Shown piece after piece: positions 15,926 through 23,758 of a stretch of DNA of 29,580 nucleotides (the stretch's first letter is position 1; every line of letters begins with the position of its first letter). The notes beneath the pieces are model-generated. The model worked only from the letters and a program-made list of their open reading frames with translations, was not told the DNA's origin and did no database searches. The DNA lies in NCBI GenBank assembly GCA_964366385.1, contig CAYITS010000001.1, forward strand, positions 1 through 29,580, in the 5' to 3' direction. The stretch is from an uncultured Gammaproteobacteria bacterium. GTDB lineage: Bacteria; Patescibacteriota; Microgenomatia; UBA8517. The position numbers and the translations under genes were made by a program.

Positions 15926-16906
15926 TTAGGCCGGCAATTTCCCCAATACTCCCGCCAATAACGTCATTCTTACATAAAGCCCGTTTTCCATTTGTCGAAA
16001 ATAGGCTGCGTTTTTGGTGTAACTATCAACAGATTTGGAAATTTCTCCAACTCTGGGCAGTGGATGCATTATCGTCAGTGATTCTTTTCCAGCACGTAGA
16101 GTTTCCGGCGTAACAACGTAAAGCCCTTTTACGGATTCATAAACAGCAGTGTCCTCAAACCTTTCCTTCTGGACCCGTGTAACATAAAGCACGTCCGTAT
16201 CGGACAATACTTCGGACAAACTCTCATGTTCCGACTGTTGTACCCCTTTAGCTTCAAGCTCTTGTATAATCGTAGACGGCATTCTTAAAATTTCAGGTGA
16301 AACATAATTTAGCCTAACTTGATAAAGAGAAAGAAGTCTGGCTAACGAATGAACGGTTCTGCCGTGCTTCATATCCCCGAGCATGGTAACCGCGAGTCCA
16401 TCTAGCATTCCCTGTTCTTTTCTGATCGTTACGTAATCAAGAAGCGCCTGGGTTGGATGTTCACCAACACCGTCGCCGGCATTAATTAAAGGTATTGAAA
16501 CGGCTTCGGCGGCAATGGCTGCCGAACCCATTTCCGGATGGCGTAAAACTATAACGTCCGCGTATTGCTCAAGCGTTCGTACGGTATCTTCTAAATCCTC
16601 GCCCTTGGTAACCGATGAGTATTTAACTTCGTTTATAGAGATAACACTTCCGCCCAGTCTTTCCATAGCGGCGGTAAACGAGGATGAGGTTCGCGTTGAG
16701 GGTTCATAAAATAGGTTTGCCAGTATTTTCTGACTGAGAAAATCTGCTTTATAACCCTTCTTTGCTATTTCTGCCATTTCAAGGCTCCAACTAAAAATGT
16801 GGTCGAGAGTTTGCGCATCGAATTGCCAAACAGAGAGAATATCCTTTCCTTTTAAATTTCCATTCAAGTGCTCGGCAGAATGATTAAGAAAATCTGGTCG
16901 TTCCAT
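15926..16906 (-). CDS. pyrB: Aspartate carbamoyltransferase catalytic subunit
   Basis: [72 protein letters not shown]. Confidence 0.97.
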   Translation of the reverse strand: MERPDFLNHSAEHLNGNLKGKDILSVWQFDAQTLDHIFSWSLEMAEIAKKGYKADFLSQKILANLFYEPSTRTSSSFTAAMERLGGSVISINEVKYSSVTKGEDLEDTVRTLEQYADVIVLRHPEMGSAAIAAEAVSIPLINAGDGVGEHPTQALLDYVTIRKEQGMLDGLAVTMLGDMKHGRTVHSLARLLSLYQVRLNYVSPEILRMPSTIIQELEAKGVQQSEHESLSEVLSDTDVLYVTRVQKERFEDTAVYESVKGLYVVTPETLRAGKESLTIMHPLPRVGEISKSVDSYTKNAAYFRQMENGLYVRMTLLAGVLGKLPA

Positions 16907-16914
16907 TTTATCTC

Positions 16915-16937
16915 AAAAAAAAGAGCCTTACGGCTCT
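16915..16937 (-). terminator. Intrinsic terminator / attenuator upstream of pyrB
   Basis: AGAGCC-GTAA-GGCTCT followed by TTTTTTT, ending 8 nt before the pyrB ATG. Confidence 0.85.
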
Positions 16938-16972
16938 AGTAAAACTTTGGTCCCAAAAAAATCAGGCGGCAT
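16928..16972 (-). CDS. Putative pyr leader peptide, MPPDFFGTKVLLEP (14 aa)
   Basis: AGGAG-N6-ATG; U7 and U4 tracts within the ORF; the TAA stop lies in the terminator loop. Confidence 0.6.
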   Translation of the reverse strand: MPPDFFGTKVLLEP

Positions 16973-16991
16973 GCTTGGCTCCTGAGAAATT

Positions 16992-17020
16992 AGCCTAGTG
17001 AAAAATCTTGGGGTTGTCAA
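16992..17020 (-). promoter_or_regulatory. pyr operon promoter
   Basis: TTGACA-N17-TAGGCT; the -35 box contains the TGA stop of the upstream gene. Confidence 0.65.
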
Positions 17021-17026
17021 GAGGTA
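17015..17026 (+). repeat. 12-bp direct repeat, right boundary of the pyr operon
   Basis: TGTCAAGAGGTA, identical to 12332-12343. Confidence 0.8.
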
Positions 17027-17883
17027 AGTTGTCGAAGCACCACTTCGCCGCAATCGTGTGGATGAAAAATGGCACGGTGATTGCCAACAACTTCACGGGT
17101 AATTTTTTTCTTCATGTACAAATATTGTAATTTGAAAGCTAATTTTTCCAAAAAGAAGAACTTTTTGGGTTCTTTGGTTCTTTGGTTCTTTGGTTCTTTA
17201 GTCCTTTTAACCGCATTTGGCCAAAACTCTCCTATCCACCTATTTTCATAAATAAACTTCTCATACGTTTTGTTTTTACTGATCAGGGTTTTTATCTGAG
17301 CTATTTCGTGCGCAGTATAGGAATTTCTATCTCTTAACGGCCAAGACAAAGCTTTCTCGTCCAGCCATATGTTCATACAAAGCTTGTCCTTCTGGTTTTT
17401 GTCTTTAGGTTTTCTTATTTTTGTTCCGAAAAGCTTCAGAAAGACATAAGCAATAATCCTTGTGGTCCAAAGAGCACCGTTTGTGGTTACGATCAAAAGA
17501 TCTATATCGGAATCGTCTGCAGCGTTTTCCATAGCCAAAGATCCGGTTATTGCAACCATTTTTATGGTTGGAACAATTGAAAGCATGTCCGCCGCTTTCT
17601 TGGCTATCTGAATTTTCCTGGCAGAAACTCTTTTTTTTAGAAGTCTTTTATAAACGACACCCTCTTTTCCTTCCAGAAAACACAATCCGTTTTTCTGCTC
17701 AACTACACACTCATCCTTGATGACAACTTCTACTTTACTGCCTGCCGCCCATTTAACAAGTTCACTTGCCGTGAGCGGGTAATCAAAAACATTGTGATAA
17801 AGCAGAGATTTCAACTCACTGTTGCCTAAAAGAAGTTTCTTTTCTTTATATTCCCCGACATCGATATTGTATAAAAAAGGCAT
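17017..17883 (-). CDS. Hypothetical protein with a Pol-beta-type nucleotidyltransferase domain
   Basis: VAITGSLA...DDSDIDLLIV (GS..DxD) after an N-terminal FDYPLT segment. Start uncertain. Confidence 0.7.
   Translation of the reverse strand: MPFLYNIDVGEYKEKKLLLGNSELKSLLYHNVFDYPLTASELVKWAAGSKVEVVIKDECVVEQKNGLCFLEGKEGVVYKRLLKKRVSARKIQIAKKAADMLSIVPTIKMVAITGSLAMENAADDSDIDLLIVTTNGALWTTRIIAYVFLKLFGTKIRKPKDKNQKDKLCMNIWLDEKALSWPLRDRNSYTAHEIAQIKTLISKNKTYEKFIYENRWIGEFWPNAVKRTKEPKNQRTKEPKKFFFLEKLAFKLQYLYMKKKITREVVGNHRAIFHPHDCGEVVLRQLTS
17162..17201 (+). repeat. 8-nt tandem repeat inside the nucleotidyltransferase ORF
   Basis: tttttggg (ttctttgg)x3 ttctttag, encoding TKEPKNQRTKEPK. Confidence 0.85.
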
Positions 17884-17893
17884 CTCTTAAAAA

Positions 17894-19252
17894 TTATTTT
17901 ACAGTTAGTCCATATTGACCTAAAACCTGAGTTATCCCCTGTTCCACCGGCTCTAAAGCTTTCACTGCGGGGGTTCCTGAGTTTACGGCATTGACGGCAT
18001 CTTCAAAATATTTACTTATAAGGGAGTTAATACCCGTAGGTCCGTCAAAAGTACGAGAAGCAAGATACCAACTCTGAGCATACGGAGCTCTGGTAATAAT
18101 CGAGCTTAAGACCGAATGATCTTTTAACAGATCGGCCATATCAACCCTCGGGTATGGTTCACCGAACATCCTTTGCCGAGACGAGTTGGTGTACATTTTA
18201 GTCAGAGACTCTTTGGTAGAAATAAACTTCAGAAAATCCCAAGCCGCAGACTTATTCTTGCTTCTTGCCCACACTCCCTCTGCCCAATAGGTTGCATAGG
18301 AAATGTCCGAGGTTGTTGCTCCGGCCTTAGGCAGTTGCGGAAGAGGCACGGTTCTAAACTTCAAGGAAGGGTTTTGTTCCATAATATTAAGGGCTCTCCA
18401 AGAGGGGCCAAAATACATCGCCAGCCTTCCTCCGGCAAAAGCCGCTGTTGAGGAGGGCAGGGTGTTATCCCAAACGCCGTCAACAGAAGAAAAAACGGTA
18501 TAAAAAGTCAAAGCATCTTCGGCAAGCTTCCCTGTCGGTTTTGTCATATCCACACCGTTTTGCAGCATCATCAGGCCTAAAATTTCCTGCCAGTGGTCAA
18601 CGTTTTCGGTTCTTCCTAAAGCAACACCCGATTGAATTATCGCCCCCTGTTCGTCCTTCTTGGTCAGTTCAATTGCAAGCCGTCTTAACTCATCCCACGT
18701 CGTTGGAGGATTTTTGGCCGCAAGAGCAAATATGTCTTCATTTATATAGAGGGTCAGGGCATCGTATTCCAAAGGAATCCCCACAAAACCGGTGCCGCTG
18801 GAAAGATCCGAAGACACGACCGGATAATAATCCTTGGCAAAATCGGAGGCATTCATTACCGATACCGGAACATAATCAAGATCACCTTTAAACATGGGGA
18901 CCCAGCTATTATGAAATCTAAAAATGTCGGGCCCTTCCCCTTTTGCCATAGCATTAGTCAATCTCTCCCGGTAATCCTGTTTGGATTGATTAATATATTT
19001 GATTTTTACCTTTGGGTTTTTTTGTTCGTATTCAGATATCAAGGGTGAAATAACGGATTCATCTTCCCAAAGCCCCCACCAAATTATTTCCGCCGAACCC
19101 GCTGTCTTTTTGGATAACGATTTAAACAGTACGACCAAAAAGATGGCCAGCAGAACAACCGCGCCAACGACAAAAATTAATTTTAGCGGTGCTTTTACCG
19201 GCGTGTTTACTTGAACTTGCGGTTGTGTTTGTGGAAAAACCTGTTCTTCCAT
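17894..19252 (-). CDS. Extracellular solute-binding protein (family 1, sugar-type), TM-anchored
   Basis: WWGLWE, GEGPDIF, GIPLEYDALTLYINEDIF, PPTTWDEL, FAGGRLAMYFG, YWAEGVW. Start set at MEEQVF (19252). Confidence 0.85.
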   Translation of the reverse strand: MEEQVFPQTQPQVQVNTPVKAPLKLIFVVGAVVLLAIFLVVLFKSLSKKTAGSAEIIWWGLWEDESVISPLISEYEQKNPKVKIKYINQSKQDYRERLTNAMAKGEGPDIFRFHNSWVPMFKGDLDYVPVSVMNASDFAKDYYPVVSSDLSSGTGFVGIPLEYDALTLYINEDIFALAAKNPPTTWDELRRLAIELTKKDEQGAIIQSGVALGRTENVDHWQEILGLMMLQNGVDMTKPTGKLAEDALTFYTVFSSVDGVWDNTLPSSTAAFAGGRLAMYFGPSWRALNIMEQNPSLKFRTVPLPQLPKAGATTSDISYATYWAEGVWARSKNKSAAWDFLKFISTKESLTKMYTNSSRQRMFGEPYPRVDMADLLKDHSVLSSIITRAPYAQSWYLASRTFDGPTGINSLISKYFEDAVNAVNSGTPAVKALEPVEQGITQVLGQYGLTVK

Positions 19253-19294
19253 AAAATTAAAATCAAAAATATAATATAAACTATACCTATTCAA

Positions 19295-21022
19295 ATGTTA
19301 CCACAAATAAAAAAGATTAAATATCTACTTGTTTTTGTTGAAACACTTGTTTTACTTACGGCAATATTTAATCTTTATTTTATCAACAGGGTCTTTCCCG
19401 GCATATATGTCGCCGGTATAAATATCGGGGGTAAAAAACTTCAAGAAGCAGAAAGCATACTTGGCAAGAGCATCAAATTTCCTGAAAAGATATCCCTTCA
19501 TTCCGGAGGTCAAAGCTTTGACATCCCACTAGGCTCAATTGCCTTCGCCTGGGATCCCGTAAGAACTGTTGCAAACGCTTATTCATACCACAGAACGGGT
19601 AATATATTTTTAAATCTTGCCAGACAACTGCAAACTTTATTTAATAGAGAAAATCTTGGAATCTCGATCTCTTTTGACGAACAAGCTCTTTTCCAAAGTT
19701 TGGATTTGGTTTCGTCTGCTCTGGCTGTAGATCCCGTATATCCAAAACTGGAGGTAATTGGAAAGGACGTCGTCGTTGAAAAAGGAGCGACCGGAAGCAA
19801 AGTCGACCGGAAACTTCTCCGAGTGCAAATCGGTTACAACCTGTCTGTCCTTAATGCCTCCCCGGTAGAAATTCCAATCAAGCCGGTTGATCCCAGACTT
19901 TCCGATAGCGAAGCCGAAAATTTTAAAAATCGAGGGCAAGCTCTTTTTAACAAAAACCTAATTCTAAAATACGATCTCTATTCTCTTTCATTGGGCGGAC
20001 AAACTCTTTTGAAATACTTGGATCCGAAAGGCGATTACAAAAAAGAAGAAGTTGCAAATCTGGTCGAAAAAGTTGCCAAAGACTTAAATAATGATCCTCA
20101 AAATTCGACTTTTGTTTTCAATAATGAAAGGGTCGAAGAATTTACTCCCGCCAAGGACGGAATAAAAGTAAAAGGGGAATCCTTAATGGACATCATTATC
20201 GGAAATTTAAGAACCCTGGAATATTCCGACGAAAATAGTATTGCCATAGAAATCCCGGTTGAACTTACTCCCCCAAAAGTAAAAACAGAAGATGTCAACA
20301 ATCTGGGCATAAATCAGCTTTTGGGAAGAGGGGTCTCATATTTCAAAGGCTCCATCCCCGGTCGCGTTTATAATATTTCTTTAGCATCTTCACGATTTAA
20401 GGGAGTTTTGGTCGCTCCCGGAGAGACCTTTTCTTTTAACAAAGCTTTGGGGGACGTTTCGGCGCTAACCGGATACAAACAGGCGTATATCATCAAAGAC
20501 GGCAGAACGGTGTTGGGAGACGGCGGCGGAGTGTGTCAGGTATCGACAACCCTATTCAGGGCCATACTTGACTCGGGCCTGCCGGTAGTTGAGAGAAAAG
20601 CTCACTCATATAGGGTAAGCTACTACGAACAAGGGTCTCCCGTCGGAATTGATGCAACCGTTTTTGCTCCCACCGTGGATTTAAAATTCATAAACGATAC
20701 GCCTGCACATATTTTAATCCAACCCATATTTGATTCAAAAAAATCGATGTTGGTTTTTGAAATTTACGGAACCTCGGACGGAAGAAAAAGTTATGTTTCA
20801 AAACCGATAGTCTCCGGCATCACCCCTCCACCGGAGGATTTATACACCGACGATCCGACTCTTCCCGCCGGGACTGTAAAACAAATTGATTATAAAGCTT
20901 GGGGGGCAAAAGTAAGCTTCAATTATAAAGTCACCAGAGGAAACGAAACGCTTTTTGAAAAAACATTTTATTCGAATTACCGCCCTTGGCAAGCGGTGTA
21001 TTTGCGCGGCACAGGACAGTGA
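19295..21022 (+). CDS. VanW family protein with peptidoglycan-binding-like N-terminal region
   Basis: RVYNISLA, PGETFSFN, GGGVCQVSTTLF, ERKAHSYRVSYY, GIDATV, DLKFINDT; N-terminal TM helix. Confidence 0.9.
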   Translation: MLPQIKKIKYLLVFVETLVLLTAIFNLYFINRVFPGIYVAGINIGGKKLQEAESILGKSIKFPEKISLHSGGQSFDIPLGSIAFAWDPVRTVANAYSYHRTGNIFLNLARQLQTLFNRENLGISISFDEQALFQSLDLVSSALAVDPVYPKLEVIGKDVVVEKGATGSKVDRKLLRVQIGYNLSVLNASPVEIPIKPVDPRLSDSEAENFKNRGQALFNKNLILKYDLYSLSLGGQTLLKYLDPKGDYKKEEVANLVEKVAKDLNNDPQNSTFVFNNERVEEFTPAKDGIKVKGESLMDIIIGNLRTLEYSDENSIAIEIPVELTPPKVKTEDVNNLGINQLLGRGVSYFKGSIPGRVYNISLASSRFKGVLVAPGETFSFNKALGDVSALTGYKQAYIIKDGRTVLGDGGGVCQVSTTLFRAILDSGLPVVERKAHSYRVSYYEQGSPVGIDATVFAPTVDLKFINDTPAHILIQPIFDSKKSMLVFEIYGTSDGRKSYVSKPIVSGITPPPEDLYTDDPTLPAGTVKQIDYKAWGAKVSFNYKVTRGNETLFEKTFYSNYRPWQAVYLRGTGQ

Positions 21023-21023
21023 T

Positions 21024-21647
21024 ATGGAAATAATAAATTTATTAAATATAACCTCTATTCTTTTTGAACAATGGGGATACCCAATTATTTTTATTAGCTC
21101 ATTAATTGAAATAACTCCCCTTGGTTGGGCATTTCCCGGAGGAATTATTTTAGCAGTTGCGGGATTTCTTTCTAACAATAATCAAAATCTACCCCTCGCC
21201 TCAGTTATTATTGCAGGCACTCTCGGTGCATGGCTGGCCTTTTTACTGGCTTACCTTCTGGGAAGAAAAACCGGGATGTGGTTGGTTGTTAAATTAAAAC
21301 AGGAAAAAAATGCAAGATTTGCAAAATCATTACTGCGAAAAAATGGAGGAGTAATACTCACAACTTCAATGCTGGCTAATTTAACCCGTTTTTGGATTTC
21401 ATATATTGCAGGGGTCGATAAATATAGTTTTTTTAAATTTAACCTATATGCATTTTCAGCATCTTTAAGTTGGGTTTCTTTAATGACAATATTGGGTTTT
21501 TTTGCAGGGTATGAAAAAGAAAACTTAAGAAAAATTACCGGCGGGATGGGGATTTTAGCTTGGGGATTTTTAATTCTGGCTATTTTTGTAATTTACAGAT
21601 CAATCAAACATGAATATAAACACTTTCAAAAAGACAAAACCCCATAA
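21024..21647 (+). CDS. DedA family membrane protein
   Basis: WGYPIIF...FPGGIILAVAGF...AYLLGRKTG...AG...F..FNLY.A..W. Start set at MEII (21024). Confidence 0.85.
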   Translation: MEIINLLNITSILFEQWGYPIIFISSLIEITPLGWAFPGGIILAVAGFLSNNNQNLPLASVIIAGTLGAWLAFLLAYLLGRKTGMWLVVKLKQEKNARFAKSLLRKNGGVILTTSMLANLTRFWISYIAGVDKYSFFKFNLYAFSASLSWVSLMTILGFFAGYEKENLRKITGGMGILAWGFLILAIFVIYRSIKHEYKHFQKDKTP

Positions 21648-22729
21648 TGAAAATAATTAAAGATCCTTTTGATATTAACGAAATCATCAACGTATTGAAG
21701 GCCGATGGCCTGGTAATATTCCCCACCGAAACAGTTTACGGGATCGGCGCCGACGCAACAAACAGCAAAGCCATCAAAAAATTAAATCGCTACAAACAGC
21801 GTCCCCCCGGCAAACCTTACTCTATTGCGGTAAGCAGTCAAAAAATGGCCGAAAAGTTTGCTGAAATTAATTCCACCGCAAAAAACATCTATAAAGAGTT
21901 CCTCCCGGGACCCGTCACCGTAGTTTCAAAAGGAAAAGGCAAACTGGCTCCCGGAGTCGAATCGGAAACAGGAACCTTGGGTATAAGAATCCCCGACCAT
22001 CCTTTGGTTATCAAGATCATAGAAAAATTAGGTGCGCCAATAACGGCAACCTCCGCAAACGCTTCTTATAAAAAACGCCCCTACAAAATCGCAGATATCT
22101 TAAACAACGTCTCAAATAAGCAATGGGGTTTGATAGATCTGATTATTGATGCCGGAGAATTAGCGCATAACGAACCCTCAACGGTTATTGATACCACCCT
22201 TGATGATTTGGTTGTTTTACGTCAGGGTAATATAAAATTCAAAAATAAAAATGAAGTTCTTTCAAGAGGTGAAGAAAATACACAAAATATAGCTAAAGAG
22301 CTTTGGCAAAAGTATGAAGAGTTCGCCGGAAAAAGAGCAATTGTCTATGCGTTGGAGGGACAAATGGGAGCGGGAAAGACCCAGTTTGTAAAAGGCCTCG
22401 CCCGGGCCATGGGAATTAAGGAAGAAATCCTCTCCCCCACTTATGACTTATTACTTAGCCATCAAACCCCTGCCGGCCGGCCGGCAGGATTAACCATTGG
22501 CCATCAATTGGTTCATATCGATACCTGGAGGATGGTTGATCCGACTGAAGAAATAAAGAACTTAAGAACCAAAGAACTTATAGATAACAAATCAGTAATT
22601 GCTATTGAATGGGCTGAAAAAGTGGCCGATGTAATCAGGTCTTACACCGATGACGCAATTATTATTTGGATAAAAATCAGGTATGGCGAAAAAGAAAACG
22701 AACGCCTGATTTCTTGGGACGTTATATGA
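21647..22729 (+). CDS. tsaC-tsaE: TsaC (threonylcarbamoyl-AMP synthase)-TsaE (ATPase) fusion
   Basis: N-terminal FPTETVYGIG, KQRP..KP, PGPVT, GIRIPDHP, TSAN, PSTVID. C-terminal GQMGAGKTQFVKG, SPTY, HIDTWR, IEWAE. One continuous frame. Confidence 0.9.
   Translation: MKIIKDPFDINEIINVLKADGLVIFPTETVYGIGADATNSKAIKKLNRYKQRPPGKPYSIAVSSQKMAEKFAEINSTAKNIYKEFLPGPVTVVSKGKGKLAPGVESETGTLGIRIPDHPLVIKIIEKLGAPITATSANASYKKRPYKIADILNNVSNKQWGLIDLIIDAGELAHNEPSTVIDTTLDDLVVLRQGNIKFKNKNEVLSRGEENTQNIAKELWQKYEEFAGKRAIVYALEGQMGAGKTQFVKGLARAMGIKEEILSPTYDLLLSHQTPAGRPAGLTIGHQLVHIDTWRMVDPTEEIKNLRTKELIDNKSVIAIEWAEKVADVIRSYTDDAIIIWIKIRYGEKENERLISWDVI
22469..22488. repeat. Perfect 20-bp GC palindrome inside the TsaE domain
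   Basis: CCTGCCGGCCGGCCGGCAGG, encoding PAGRPAG and flanked by heptamer-like ttagcca / ttaacca ttggcca. Confidence 0.85.
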
Positions 22730-23748
22730 AAATACTGGCAATAGACACCAGCTGCGATGAGACGGCGTGCGCGGTTACCGCCGGCACAAAAGTGCTGTCA
22801 AACATCGTTTGGAGTCAGGCGTCGCTTCACGCTAAATTTGGCGGAGTTATGCCATCTTTGGCGCAGAGGCAACATCGGGAGCATATAGGCTTTGTCGTAG
22901 ACCAAGCAACTAAAATTTCTAAATTAAAAATTAAAAATTTAGATGCCATCGCGGTCACTATTGGACCCGGTCTATCAATAGCGTTGGGTGTTGGAATTAG
23001 TAAAGCAAAAGAGCTGGCAAAAAAATATAATAAACCATTAATCCCGATCAATCATGTGGAAGCCCACCTGCTCTCTCCGTTCGCAAATTTCAAATTTCAC
23101 CCGTTTCCAGCCCTTGGCTTGGTTCTTTCCGGAGGAACGACACAGCTAATTCTTATTGAGCAAATCGGCAAATACAAAATCCTTGCAGAAACACAGGATG
23201 ATGCACTAGGGGAGGCCTTGGATAAGGCCGCCAGAATGCTTGGATTGGGCTACCCCGGAGGTGCAATCTTGGAAAAATTTGCTAAAAATAGCAACCCAAA
23301 AACTTACCCGCTCCCCGTTCCCCTCATCGACGATAAAGTAAAAAATCGCTTTAGTTACTCGGGATTAAAAACTGCATTTATCAGGCTTGTCGAAAAAGAA
23401 AAACCACTAACGAAACAAAAGATTTATGATCTTGCCGCCTCTTTCCAAAACACAGCTTTCGAACACATTCTTCGCGTTCTGTCGTATCAGGTTAACCATC
23501 AATCATTAACCATTAACCATTTGTTGCTCGGTGGCGGTGTGGCCAATAACATCGAAATTAGAAATAAATTAAGAAAATTGTGTAAAGAAAAAGGGTTAAA
23601 ACTTCATATTCCCTATTCCAAAAAACTATGTTGTGACAATGCGGCCATGATTGGGATCTGCGCTTATTTGAAAACTAAAGACTTAAAACTTAACACTTTT
23701 ACGGATTGTTCTCAAATCGACAGAGAGCCAAGATTAAAATTGGTGTAA
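22726..23748 (+). CDS. tsaD: tRNA N6-threonylcarbamoyltransferase
   Basis: ILAIDTSCDET, HAKFGGVMP, TIGPGL, NHVEAH, LVLSGGTT, DDALGEALDK, GYPGG, FSYSGLKTA, GGGVANN, CDNAAMIG. ATGA overlap with the upstream fusion. Confidence 0.97.
   Translation: MKILAIDTSCDETACAVTAGTKVLSNIVWSQASLHAKFGGVMPSLAQRQHREHIGFVVDQATKISKLKIKNLDAIAVTIGPGLSIALGVGISKAKELAKKYNKPLIPINHVEAHLLSPFANFKFHPFPALGLVLSGGTTQLILIEQIGKYKILAETQDDALGEALDKAARMLGLGYPGGAILEKFAKNSNPKTYPLPVPLIDDKVKNRFSYSGLKTAFIRLVEKEKPLTKQKIYDLAASFQNTAFEHILRVLSYQVNHQSLTINHLLLGGGVANNIEIRNKLRKLCKEKGLKLHIPYSKKLCCDNAAMIGICAYLKTKDLKLNTFTDCSQIDREPRLKLV
22911..22938 (+). repeat. Heptamer array in tsaD (KISKLKIKN)
   Basis: taaaatt tctaaat taaaaat taaaaat. Confidence 0.55.
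23492..23519 (+). repeat. Heptamer array in tsaD (NHQSLTINH)
   Basis: ttaacca tcaatca ttaacca ttaacca. Confidence 0.7.
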
Positions 23749-23758
23749 AATATATTTA

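Noticed and set aside
16928-16990. PyrR-binding loop or a known riboswitch in the pyr leader
   Set aside because: No ARUCC-N-GNGAGGYU-like PyrR box or aptamer that I recognise, and no pyrR in the operon.
19295-21022. Vancomycin-resistance determinant
   Set aside because: VanW-domain proteins are widespread, and no vanHAX/vanRS genes are present.
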